The notes under the pieces were generated by a model, which was given only the letters and a program-made list of their open reading frames with translations, searched no databases and was not told where the DNA came from. DNA of 64,000 nucleotides from Azolla caroliniana (lineage: Eukaryota > Plantae > Polypodiophyta). Shown here piece by piece: positions 24,601 to 37,948 of the stretch (position 1 is the stretch's first letter; every line of letters starts with the position of its first letter). The stretch is from contig JBHGNT010000017.1 of NCBI GenBank assembly GCA_043228905.1, positions 744,001 through 808,000 of the forward strand, in the 5' to 3' direction. The translations under genes were made by a program, and so were the position numbers.

Positions 24601-27600
24601 TCTTATAGTTTGTTATAGAGATAGGCTAACCATTTGTTCAAGAAGATTTCTTGTTTGAAATCTTGTTTGTTATGTAATAAAAGCTCTTGGAGCGACTGCT
24701 CAAGATGGACTGAGCTGAGGAAAGAGCTGTTATAATTACCCATCTTGCCCCACACTCTTAGGAATCTGTTTTGTTGAACCAGAATTACATTTCTTTGGTA
24801 GTGCCATAGGGAATATTTTCCCCTTAAGGTTAAAGTTTATGATTGCTTCCTGATTGGGCTAGTTGTATTATTATGCCGAATAAGCTTTTGATGTCTTAAC
24901 TTTACTCTTGAATTGTTTCACCTCTATTGGCGTTGATGCTCCATTCCATATATTTTGTTGTTGATCAATCATTTTTGTTAGTTCTTTTCTGCACCTCTGC
25001 TATAGTATAATTAAAAACTCTTTTGTTTCTCAACCCATGTGCCTGTTCTTTAGTGGTGCTATTTAAGTGAAACAAAAGAACAGGCATGAAAGAGAACTAG
25101 GAGATGAGTTAAAAGGACTATTTAAGTGCCAATTCTTGATATTGGTTTCCCAAACTTTTTGAATTTGGTTGAGTTAACTTATCTTTTAGATCCTAACATA
25201 TTAGAAAATTCAAGAACCTCACTAGCCTCTGTACTATGCCCTAGAACCCTAGAATTGTACATTCTAGTTGGTTGATGTATTGAAGAGATACACCTTCAAG
25301 AGGATAGTTTGATTACCTTTCTTAGGTTTATTTGGCTAGTATGAGCCTCAAAGCGTGTTTCATATTAGCATATGTTCTAGGAAAAAAACTTTTATGAAAT
25401 GAATTGTTTCAAATTGGAGAACGTTGCTCAAAGGCGAGATGTCAAGGTGTTTGTGGCTATGGCCTTCAAGAAATTCTACACATAAGCCACTAGGTAGCCT
25501 ATATTGGCCTCCATGACACCTACCCTTGACAATAGATGTGCCATGGATAATGACAAACACACCCACATTGACAATAATAACAACAATCATAATGCCAACA
25601 AACCAATCCAAATAGCTCTCCCTTCCTCACCCATAGAGCCCCAAAACAAATAAGAGAGAGATTCAACCCTAGTTGGACTCTCCCCTCTTTAACTACCCCT
25701 CTTTGCTACCACTCCTTTGCATTCCTGCACATAAATATACCCACCCACCCCATATGTATAACTTTCTCTTCCTCACCATATAGCTACAAAACAAATACGT
25801 TGTAGGTTAAACCTGAGTTGAACTATATCCTCTAGCTTCATTCCTAACGCCACCATCACTCCTTTGCATTCCCTTGCTCCCGCCTACACACCACCCTCTA
25901 GGTTATATTCCTCATCAACTATACCCTCCCTTCTATCTACACCACCCACACAAGCCAACTTCATTCCTCTTGCTCTCATTATGATCACTCGTAGGTTCCT
26001 TACTAGTGTCACAATGATGGTGATAACCTTAACAACATTAGTCATACTTCGATGTGTTGTCAAAGTACAACTTCAACCAGGAATCGAATATCAATTTTGA
26101 TGAGTGGTCATGATGATGGACATCATAATCCAAATTTGAAGAGTGTACAACATTTCAATGAGCTAACTAACTTTGACGAATAGTTGAAGCTCAAGCTTGA
26201 TGTCTCATTTAGAAATTCCAACTTTAATGCATGCTCGTAGTCTTAACTTTGACGAGTCAATGAAATTTGAGGAGCTACAAAAACATTTCCACAAGACACC
26301 TAAACCTTGTTGAATTGAAGCCACATTGAGCTTGGTTTGATGAGAAGTATCTCCTAGTTTTGAACCACCATGATTTTGCGTCACTATTTGCATATAACTA
26401 CATAATTTTGTAAAACATTTGGTGAACCGTATGTGAAATAGGAGAAAGGATTGATGGTCCAACAAAAGGAAAGTTATGCACAAGATCTTGGTTAAAGACT
26501 CGATACTAACGAGCAAGACAATAAAGTTGGTGTGGGGGTAGGCCATTGAGAAAAGCATTGTGACAAATGGTTAAATTGAGGCGAAAGAATGTGATCAAGT
26601 TCCTTGAGATCTATAATAACTGATGTAGAAAAGAAATGAGGGTATACGAGAGTCAAGCAATATTGTGTGCTTCAATTGTGTGGTGTAACAACAACTCTTT
26701 GAACTCGAATTGAAGATTTAAAGGTCGCCTGTAGTTCTTGAGTGGATTTTGAGCAAGTGTTATTTTGGGGGTTCATCACCAATGATGCCACTTAAATGGT
26801 TCAAGAAGACATCATTCATTAGTTAGAGGTAGAAGTTGGAAGCAAAATGACCGTGATGAGAGTCCTTGGTGAGTTTGAATGAAGGCTTGAACAATATTTG
26901 ACATTGAACCAAGATTCTCCTTGAACTACACTATCATTTTACTCAAAGCAATTAATTTGAAAGATAAAACTCAATCTAAAACCTACCTTGAGGATAAAGA
27001 TAATTTGAGTGGGCTTATGATGAATTGGGCCATAGTCAAGAGGGCATGCCTTCATCTAGAAATGAGAATAACAATGCTTGGCATCATCGATTTAGGTCAA
27101 ATCAAGAGAATTGTGAAAATGGAGATCGAGCCTAGTGGCCACAAGGAGCCATAAAAGATAAAAGTTGTCAATTCTTTCTACAAGGGGTTGGTTAAAGAGA
27201 TAAAAGATCAAAGGGTTGTATTTGTTGGTTGGTTGGGTTATCCCAAGTCACCACATGAGTTTGTTTGTTGACGGGCATGTTGGGGGTAAAACTATTGATG
27301 TTTTGGCAAAAATGATGCAAGATATCACGTCGCAACAACGGGAGCATGGGAACCCACCCCATTATTCATCCCTCGGGACCATCACAATTATATTTTTCCT
27401 TATAAATCCATCAATGACCAATTATATTTGACCATCAACTCTTGACACAAATTCCCATCTGTTAGCGAATTCATTTCTTCCTTTTTAAACATGGAATCCT
27501 ATAAGGACTTTGTTGCTTGTAATGTTTAGTTTTTCTTTCCCAAAAAAGAATATACTCCTTTAGTTAAAATATACACAAACTCGATCCCTTTCTCGGGAAG

Positions 27601-27971
27601 GCCAAGCCAAGACTATCCTATCCTACACAAGAGATCTTGCTTATTTATCTTAAACTTTCACATATGGCTCTAGCCATCCTTTCATGCACATCACCTACAT
27701 TCACTATCCCACATGCCATGTCTTTCACGCCCCTCGTTCATCTAATGGGAGGGGGGAACAACCATTTGGGTACTTCATACTTCCATAGTATATCCATTCC
27801 ATTTGTTGCGGCCATCGGTGTAGCACACCATCGCTTTCGAAAATTCAACCTCATTAGTTCTGCAACATCATTAGTACCATCAATCCGCTCATATTGAGCT
27901 CTTAGTGTAGTTATTAATGTGTGCTAGATTAGCTTAATCGATTTAGCTGGGGGGCATTTGTGTGTTGAAAA

Positions 27972-28242
27972 TGACAGGAATTGCATGCTCCAATGAACAC
28001 CGCTCGGCCACAACCGAGTCTAAGATCAAACGCAGAAAACGGGAATGAATACACACGACACAAAGGAGAGAAGAGTACACAAGATGTTAACGTGGAAAAC
28101 CCAAACTAGGGAAAAACCACGGCAGCCCACAGACTGCAAACTATCACTATATCAGAATGTACAATAATAGAGCACCGAGGCAACCACCTCGAGCTTGCTA
28201 TCTTCGCCACAGGCGGTGGTTACAACAGAGGCAACGACCTCT

Positions 28243-28279
<37 letters not shown>

Positions 28280-28733
28280 CACTATTACGCGCTCTAATCT
28301 TGCGCCAACAAGAATAACAACCATGCTATATAATAAGTTTGCCCTAAGTCATATTTATACTAATATGACTTTTCGGCTATTTACAAATATAGCCCAGATG
28401 GACTCTCAGAAGACATATTTACGAAGATGTCCCTTCATCCGGTGAGCGCTCCTCACCGGGCCTGCATCATCCGGATCTTGTCGGGCACTCGTCATCCGGT
28501 TCTCACCGGGTCTTCCGTAGCTGGGTACTCTTCATCCGGTTCTCACCGGGTCTGCCGTAGTTGGGTACTCTTCATCCGGTTCTCATCGGGTCTTCCGTAG
28601 CTGGGTACTCCTCATCCGGTTCTCACCGGGTTTGCCGTAGCCGGGTACTCTTCATCCGGTTTCGGCCTCGGCCTAGTTTGCTCATCAACACTGTTCTTCT
28701 CACTTCCCATCCGGAGGGACCTGTCTCCCAACA
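27972..28733 (-). mobile_element. Ty1/copia solo LTR (family of the 61187 element) inserted in LINE ORF2
   Basis: TG...CA ends; GAAAA TSD at 27967-27971 and 28734-28738; reverse complement shares ctcggttgtggccgag, gggttttccacgttaa and aaatatgacttagggcaaac with the 61187-61796 LTR. Removing it plus one TSD restores the LINE frame KVFSTHKCPP. Confidence 0.9.
28481..28660. repeat. 4.5 x 40-bp tandem array inside the solo LTR
   Basis: Unit ctgggtactcttcatccggttctcaccgggtcttccgtag starting at 28481, 28521, 28561, 28601 and 28641 (half). Confidence 0.92.
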
Positions 28734-31700
28734 GAAAATACCTTGGTACACCTTGTTGTCCATATATACCATATAGTAATGGGGGCAAGCAACATCCAAA
28801 AATCTCCAAGTTTTTGATTCTGTGCACAAGTTGTAGGTACCCTGTTGTCAGTGATTAGCCGCACAATGCCATTCTCCCTCTGTACTTAGCATCGCATGTG
28901 CCATCGTATTTTGCCACATCATCCTCCAGACAAATCCAGCAAGCATGTCCCTAGTTGAGTGTGAACGAACTAGAGGCATGACAAAGCAAACGTAGTGCCC
29001 TTCCCCATACAACCACTACCTCGCAACATTCCCATAGACAATGGGAAATGCCTTCTATTTGTCCACAGGCAATACATCTAGGGTCTACATTGGGGCCTTT
29101 ACCCCATGTCCCTACCGACAAGGCTCTATCTGCAATAAGCCATAAACACATCATTATCTTGCGGTCATATCTGTCATGCCATATCATTTTCCAGAATTTA
29201 TCCAATCTCATTTCACTAATGCCCTCTTGTATCCAAAATTTCCTTGCTGCAATCTTGTCGTGTTCTTGTTCTAGAATAATTTGCCTCCCAATCTTCGTGT
29301 TATACCTGAAAAATTGAACCAACTTTTCCCCATCAGTTCGTCGTTGAGTTCTCCAACAATCCCATGATAACTTATCCAAATGCCCTTGTATAGGCCAACA
29401 CACTGTTGCTAGTGTGATATCCGTTGGTTTAGGGTCAATAATCATATTCTTGCCATTTTTTGCGATTAGCCTGATCGGCTTTTCTCTTTGAAAGGCTGGT
29501 TGCTCAACTCTTACCATTCCGCGCTCTAGTTTGTAGTAAAATAACTCATTTGATTCTACTTTCATTCCCTTAATCCCAATTAAACAGTTCTCAGCATTTA
29601 TAAGTTCTGTCCATGCAATTTAAGAGGTTACTTCCTCTTCCACGGTATTCCTGTAGCATGCAATGGCATTTGTAATTCTCTTGAGCATGCCTTTACCCCT
29701 GCTTATTCTCCATATTCTAGCCTTTTGAGTGCCCACCTCATTGGACAAAAACCTCTCCCACTCCAATAATGCATTCCCTTGGGCATTGATTAACTCAGCC
29801 CATTTGAAACTTGCTTTTTGGCCTATCATCAGCCCATCCATATCTCTAATCAATATGGGTTCCATACAATTGGCATGTACATCCGCGCATATGCATCATT
29901 TCTCCACCTACATGTGATCCCCTTTCTGATTTCTTGCCATGCTTTCATAATTCCAATAGCACAACGACTCTGCATACTTCCCCAATATTTGGGTCTCATT
30001 TCTGGCACAAAGCCCCAAAATGGGTTGCTTGGCCAGCGTCCACTTTGTCTCCACAACCACATCTTCCATCTACGTCGCCATAGGACTTTCCAAGGTGCCT
30101 CAGTACACTCCTGACCACTAGTTTGCCTAGCTAGGCCTTCATTTGCACCATAGGATCTATCAATCCCACCCCCCCTTTCACTTTTCCTTTTTATAAGCGT
30201 GGTCCAAGTAACCTTTGCACATGCATGTTTTTCCTCCGTGCCCCCCCATAAGAAATTTCTGATAATCCTTTTTATCAATTTCATTGACTTGGGCATGATT
30301 ATCCAGCATGCAGTAGTATGCCAAATAGCGGCCATTAGAATCTGATTTGCAATCACAATATTGCCCACAAAGGATAGCTTTCTTGCATTCCACCATATTA
30401 ACTTCGCTTTTATTTTGTCCACTAGTAGATTGTAATGTTCTATTCGATCAATGTCCATACCAATTTTGAAGCCCAAGTATCTAGTAGCTTCTCCTTTCCT
30501 CAACCATCTAAAATTGGGGCCGGGGACCCAATTTAACATGGGCTTATTACTGATCCAAATGCCCACAGATTTATTCCAATTTATTTTAGCATATGATCCC
30601 CTACAAAACTCATCAATTGCATTTTGCAATCTGCCCAAGTTGTGTGCATCACCTTTGATATAGGTCATTGTGTCATCAACATATGCTGTATCAAGCACCA
30701 TACCTTCATCATCGGGCAAGGTAAGGCCTTGTATTTGCCAAGATCGATCAGCAATTTGATAATGCCAAGATCTATCAGCATGTGCCGTATCAAGCACCAT
30801 ACCTTCATCATCGGGCATGTTAAGGCCTTGTATTTGCCAAGATCTATCAACAATTTGATAATGCAAAGCTTCTACTGCAATGATACAGTATAAGTACGGG
30901 GCCAATGGGCATCCTTGGCGTATCGAACGTAGCATCTTAAAGCTCTTCCCCATACTTCCAACCATTAACACCTGGTTGGATGCACCTCTGTAAAAGGCAC
31001 TCATTCCAAGGATCCATTGTTGTTCAAAGCCTAGGGCGGCCTTCTAGGAAATCCCATGAAATCCTGTCATATGCTTTTTCGAAGTCGAGTAGTATTACTG
31101 CTAGGTCCACTTCTTGCTCCTTCGCCCATGCTGAGTATTCCCATAATGTTATCACATTGTCAACAATGCTCCGGTTTTCCAGGAAGCCAATTTGCGTTGT
31201 ATGTATAATGTCCCCAAGATTACTTACTACTTTGGCCATTATCTTATATGCATTGGTGAGAATCGTCAATGGTTGCCAATTATCAAGCGTTGTTAGGTCT
31301 GCCATAATGTATTGCATCCCTGCCAGCATGTCGTCCTTAATTAGATCCCAATATTGGATGTAAAAGTATATAGGAAGTCCATCATTCCTGCACATCTTTG
31401 TTTGCTCATATCCCCAATAGCATCCCACAATTCATGCATACCTATAGGGGTATTTAGTCGGTCCATCATTTGAGTTGTAACTTTCCTTGGTATCCTATTT
31501 ATTATGTTTCTGAAGGCAACCTGATTAATCAGTTCATCATTGCATACACTTAGTAGTTGAGTAATAATAATAGCTTGTGGCTATTTCAAGCATTTCCTTT
31601 TTGCATGTGGTCATTGTGCCATCTATCTTTTTTAAGCATGAAGGATGAATCCCGGATCCTTTGCATTTAACAGCTTCAAAAAATCCTTTAGTAACCCGAT

Positions 31701-32165
31701 CTCCTACCCTCATCCAGCTTGCTGCCTTACTTCGATAGGCATAGGTACTCCTAAGTTTTTGGTACATCTCTAATTTGCTTTTGGCCTCCTCTAGTTGCGG
31801 ATCGTTGGTTTGTCCTATATTTTGGCCTTGGGAAATAAGGAACCACATAGCAGAGAAGAAGCACTTGGATGTTTGGAACAACAAATGGATGTTCATGTAG
31901 ACTCATCATATGGTACCACAATAGGGATGAAAATGAAAAGACAATGGAAAGATGCCTTGATTTGAAGTTCGGGCAAGGCGAATGAACAAAGCATATGCTA
32001 CATAAATGTGAAATTTAGGAAGCTTCCTAAATTGTTCACGTAATTCATGGTATACATCCTTGAAATGCTGACACAATTGAAAGAGGAAAATCACCAATAT
32101 AGGATATTAGCTACCATATTGGAAGCGGAAAATGCATTGGCCGGGCCTCAGAAGGTGCAGGTTAT

Positions 32166-33202
32166 ATGAATCTTTGCTTGCTAACTTGGAATATTCAAGG
32201 AATTAGTGGCACCCAATTCCAAATGAAAAAGAATGTATCGGCTGCTGAAATCTAGCGTTGCACTGAGGCAGTGGTGCATGATATTATCTTGGTGCAGGAG
32301 CACCATCTAGATGAGGATAAGATCGATAAAATTGGAAGCATTTGCCTTGGGAACTGGACCAATACATGGTCAACAGTTATGGGGGATAGGCAGATTCAAG
32401 GGGGAGTACTTATAACTATGAAAGTTAAGTTTATTGTTGATTGTACAGGCAGGGGGAGTTTAATAGAGGGTCGTGCTGTCTACATAAGGATAAAACATAG
32501 TTGTGGGCACTTGGGCATACTGAACATATATGCCCCAAATTCAGCTGCTGAAAGACAAGAATTCTGGTTGCAATTAATGGCCAAGAAGCCAGATGCTGAG
32601 TTGTGGATCATTGGAGGAGACTTTAATATGGTGGAGCATCCAGAAGATAGAAGAGGCAATGCAAATGGCACGGTGTAGGGGGCGGAGAAGTATGCATGGG
32701 ATAAGTTTTGTTTAGCATATAATGTGATAGACTATTGGAATGCACCTAACTTTCAAATGCAAAAAGAAAAACCTCTTCGATACTCTAGAGTAGGAGGAAG
32801 TGTGCATGGGCGGACAATGTCCAAGTTGAATAGATGGTATTTGGACCCTCGACTCATGGATAGGAAAGACAAATGCATTATTTGTCCGGGTACAATGTTC
32901 TCTGATCATGCCCCAGTTCTGTTGCACATACAAGAAAACAATCAATGCAAGCCACATAATGTGAAGGTGTGCAAGGAATTGGTTATGGATACTAAATGGA
33001 CCTATGATATACGGAAAATATGGTCTAATATCAAATAGAGGTACCTTGACCCTGCTCATAGGCTGGCTAGGAAACTTGAGGCATGTGCAGGTTTTTTTCA
33101 ACATAAAGTGATTGAAACTAGAAAAGAGATAAGGGAGAAAATGCAGAGAATGCAATGGTCACTCGCTTCTATGAAACGACTAAGAGAATTATACCCACAT
33201 AA
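32166..33202 (+). pseudogene. LINE ORF2 N-terminal AP-endonuclease domain (inverted segment, with stops/frameshifts)
   Basis: ATG at 32166 gives MNLCLLTWNIQG; ORFs 32271..32678 and 32724..33038 carry the EEP-family motifs. Confidence 0.85.
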
Positions 33203-36200
33203 TGTAATGTTTAGTTTTTGCCATAAACAAGCCATGTTTTGCAAGCAATGAATGGTAAGTTAACCTATCCACATATTTTCTTACCCGTTGTGGCTTACGT
33301 GACTCAATCACTGTAGTTGGGTTCCCACAATATTATATGAATATCAGTGTCATTTTTTCATGCTCAATTGATCCAATAATCATGATAGCATACCTCAAAG
33401 TTAGATATCTTGATAATTTGTTTCTTTTATGTCGGTTTTTCTGTTCAATTGATCAAATCATCTTGGAAGCATACCTCAAAGTTAGGTGTCTCATTATTTC
33501 GCTTGTTTTTGTTTGCTCATCCATTGACAAAAATCATCGAGCAACAATTATTTTAGTCATATGAAAAAAGTCATCAAAATAATGAGAGTCGAAAGGATTT
33601 CCTATGTTAAAAAGGAACATCTTCGTATCATATCACATATTTATTTTCCCTATTACATAATTATTATCTTTGAGCTTCATACTTCGCACGTAATTTTAAA
33701 AAATCTTGTGTATTGGATTATGACATTTTTAACTCTTCAACTATGAAATTATCTATTTAATTTTTTATTGAAAAAATTATTCTTGACAGTATTTCAATAT
33801 TTGAAAACAAACCATATTCAAAAATCCTGTAGAGATGAAAACAATTTCAAAATGAAAGGTTAATTCTTTTTCTTGTTCAACATTTTGAATTGATTCAATT
33901 TGTTTAGTTTGAATTTTTGAATTTTTTAAAATAATTTCTTTTGTGTTCGAAGATTATCAATTTTTACTATCGAAAATTCAAAGTTGTTTTTGTTTTGTTC
34001 AAATACGATTATATGATTCTAGAATCTATTTGAATTTTCAATTGTTGGAAAGAATAAGTTTTAGAGATATCAATTGTTGGGCCTTCAAGATTCAAAAACA
34101 AAATATACATGCTTCTAACTTTAACCTTGATTGATGCCGTAGTAGTGAAATGTAAAGGTTGCAAGTTCCAAACTTTTTATCGTGCATGTTTTATGATGTT
34201 TCACACTTTAAACTTGGAACCTTAGAACCTGATGTATTAAATGATTGTAAACTTATAATTGTAAACTTTTTCCATTGACATCCAATCCAATATTGTACGC
34301 CCATCATGATTGAGGGTTTCTAACTTCTATTCAACAATTTAGGGTTCCCAATTGTGAATTTTATATCTAGCTCAAAAGGAAAAACACCCATTAATTCTCA
34401 AAAAGAAGTTAGAAAACATCATATCAAAAGTGATTACTTAAAGTAATACCTTGTTAGAAATCTACCTTGCCAAGAATGTTGTCAATGAACGTAAGATCAA
34501 ACTCCAATGAAAATAAGATTTGAATCTATGAAGACATTAAAGTTGCAAGGCACAACTCTTACTTATACTCCATCAGCAACATAAATGTGTAAATGATATT
34601 GTTTATGTCTAAATGTTCTTAATGTTTTGTTGTTTCACCTAATTGTATGGAAAATGTGTCCAATTGTAAGATGAAATGTATGAATCGAGGCTAAAACTTT
34701 CCAATGAATTGGAAGTTAATATGATGAGTGTCAATTCTTTACTATTAATAATAGTGGAGTGGACCTTTGTACCATATTCTACTAAGAGAAATTTGTAAGA
34801 ATTGGTTTGGGTTTAACAAACAAAAAAAAAAAACCTTTTAAGTTGAGTATAACATCCTAAGTTGATTTGAGAGGAAACACTTGTTAGCGTTTAGATTCCA
34901 CTAAGAGAATACACCTAGAATCCCCATTGTGTGTGTGCGAGGGGGAGAGAGATTGATTTGATTATCATTTTCGGAGGTTAAATATAACCTATGAGACCAA
35001 GAGTATAAAGTTTTCATGTAATAAACGAGGAAACGAGTAGCAGCTCTTGATGGTCAAATACTCTATTAATGAATGTCACAATTGAGTGTATACTGTGGTT
35101 GAGAAATTTGTGCAAAGAGTGCGTTGGGTCAAAGACGCATGGAGATAGAGTAGGAGGGATATTATGAGTATTAGTATTGGTAAATATGTTATAAGTATTG
35201 TAATTAATAGTATGTGAAAGTATTTTTGCACACCTTGTATATATCTCTTAGGTTTCATGATGGCACGTTATTGCAAAAATCAGGCATTTATACATCCAAA
35301 TATCCAATGTCACCTAAAATGGGATTTAAGGCAATGCTTTCGTAGTGTGTGATAGCACATAAGATGATCTTGTTCTTTTGCTTGATTTTTCCAGTGGAAA
35401 ATGTGTCCATAAACCGTATTCCGAACAGTATACATTGGGCACTAGACATCCTAATGCATGTATCTAGAAGTCAATAAAGTACTTTGTGTATCTGGAATTG
35501 AAGTGAATGCAAATGACCATATTCTACCAATAGAAATGCAAGTGTATCTTATGAGATTTTGTACACTTTTTAACATAAGGTGTTACTTGATTGAAAGTCC
35601 ATGAGTTCATTTAGGTATTGACATATCTACCGAATCCTCTCTCATGATTAAGGTTGCAACTATTCAAAGGACTATTGTGATGTAGAAGGAAAAGATCCGT
35701 GAAAGAATCTAAAAGGACTATTGTGCTCCAATTCCACGAGATTGAGTAATTAAATGAACCCATAAGTAAAATGAGGAAGTTACAATAATACGAAAACTTC
35801 ATCATATCCTCCATTTCTTTTGAATGCATGGAATAAATACTAAACTCAAAGACAACCTTTATAGCTCTTATATTTCATAAGATATGTGATCATCAAGCAT
35901 ATATAAATATGTAGAGACATAAGGGGGGGGGGGGGGGAGGAATTTTGTTAATCAACCCAAAATACATGAATGGGGGCCATGTTTTATTCACGACGGAGTT
36001 GTTTGTATTCATCTTAAGGAACACCTAATGCTAGATATTCTAAAGGTTGATATGAATAATGGAATATGCAAATTCAATGAGCTTCACAAGCTACATGCCA
36101 CATGATCCAAACACATTAAATGCGGGGTTTTCTCCTCCTTGAAGATGTCTCTCATGCCAAATGATTGCAAATCTAAAAAAAGTAGATTGTGGAGTGTAAC

Positions 36201-37948
36201 TTAACTATTTATGATGTTGGGGACATTTCTGTTGTCTGTCCAATTGAACACGAAAGAATCATCAATATCATTACAAGATCTCATAGTGATATTGTCTAAA
36301 GTTTGAATATATTGGTGCCAACTGATTTATTCAAAAGATACTCTTCTAAAACATTGAAAGATTGTGAAAGTTACTATTTCTAGTAAGATGGCCGTGGGTC
36401 TAAAATTAAATATAGTTGGCCTCCTTATTTTGTATGGAAGATAAAAAACTCCCCTTCCAACAACATCCCAACTCATAAATATCACATTTTTTAACGTGTG
36501 TACAAAACTTACACAACATTTCTTAACAATTACATAATTTTATCATATAGGAAAAAGACATGTCTACACATCAATCTTGCAACATGTAAACACTAATTGT
36601 TTACAACAAAACTAGGTGTCACATTTCAAAATTTCCTTTGCAACAGAAATAAAACTACGTGTAGCTTCACATAATGCTTTGACAATCCTAGCAATGATCA
36701 ATATACACCATCCATTGTCTACTATAATCTTCTTCATCATCTAATGAAATCAAAGTTCATAATATGTGTATCATTTATTTGTGTAAAAAAAAGCATTTTG
36801 TTAAACTTAGGATACATTTCAATAAAAGTTATGGCATGGTGATAATGTGGGTGCATTGTTGCCAACTTTTATGTGCAATGCTTATGTGTACAAGTAGCAA
36901 CAAGGGAACAATCTATATATCACATAAGACACTGTTCAAGAGAGTAACAAAAGGTTGTTTTAATGCAATGAATGATCATGACTCCAAAATCATTTGAAAG
37001 TTTAAGCTTAACTTTCTTGGGTTTGGACTCTTCTACAATTGTTTTTGGGTGTATATGTTCTTATTTTGCAATGGTTTATATTGTTTAGGCTATGTTCCTC
37101 GTTTGAAGGAGTACTTTCTAATGTATAATGCAACATAATAGTTTTGGAGTTCCCAAGAATATAAGTTATAACCAATGATTTGAGCCAAACATTTTTTCGT
37201 GTATCAGAGGATATTATGACAAGTCTCTTAAAAGTTCGATAATCTCAAATTTTTATTCCGTTTCAATGTATTAAAACACGTGACACAATATTGATTAGTT
37301 TCAAGTTCGATGTGCTCAGAGACAAGAAAAAGGGGAGTGGGTGTCACTATGAATATGCAACTCTTAATCTCCTTTAAGCTCAACAGTGGGTGTTTCAAAA
37401 AACTATTGTATGCTAAATTGATTGAGAAAATCAGTCCTTTCAAACAACAACATGTTATCAACACTTCCTATTTAAAACCTTAAATTTCCTACAATTTATG
37501 GGGGATACAATGTGTTGTGTCATCTAAAACATCACCCTCTCGAATTTCTTGGTCTTGTAGCTAAGTTTGGGCCCTTCGGTGATCGTAATATAGCATTTCA
37601 TTTCATTTCTCTTTGGTTCCTTGCATAACTTTTGTGTCTTAAATCAGTACACGTAAAGATTGATAGTTGAACTTGTAATGTAGTATGCACTTATGACCTA
37701 TGCTATGAGAAATACCATTCTGCGTGTTCACATGCTACGATACAAAGGAACAAGTTACATGATTGGCTTCATGTGAGTATGAGTGACAACCTCAAAAAAA
37801 AAAGAGGCACTTGGTTTGGGTGGAGGTTATATTAATTACCAACACAAAACTAGCATACAGTGTCATTGATTGGGCCATTTAATCCCTTGCTTGTACTTGA
37901 TTGAATCAATCTTGTTTTAATATGTATGTGGTATTTTCATATTGAAAG

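Larger units (their letters stand above)
27535..33202 (-). mobile_element. L1-clade LINE with an inverted 5' segment, interrupted by a solo LTR
   Basis: Minus strand ~27700-31800 carries LLDFEKAYD, SIRQGCPLAPYL, AYVDD, CIAC...HCLWEC and WYIWTTRC. Plus strand ~31800-33202 carries an ORF1-like tail and the APE endonuclease (TWNIQG, VQEHH, NIYAPN, GGDFN, SDHAPV). TGTAATGTTTAGTTTTT at 27518-27534 and 33203-33219 is the TSD. Confidence 0.88.

Noticed and set aside
25100-27500. Degenerate LTR retroelement
   Set aside because: Only faint gag-like words and a short duplication near 25620-25830; no confident motif or boundary.
27963-27971. TGTTG at 27963 as the solo LTR end (which would imply no TSD)
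   Set aside because: An end at 27972 gives a GAAAA TSD and restores the LINE reading frame.
28481-28660. CRISPR array
   Set aside because: Head-to-tail 40-bp units with no unique spacers, inside an LTR.
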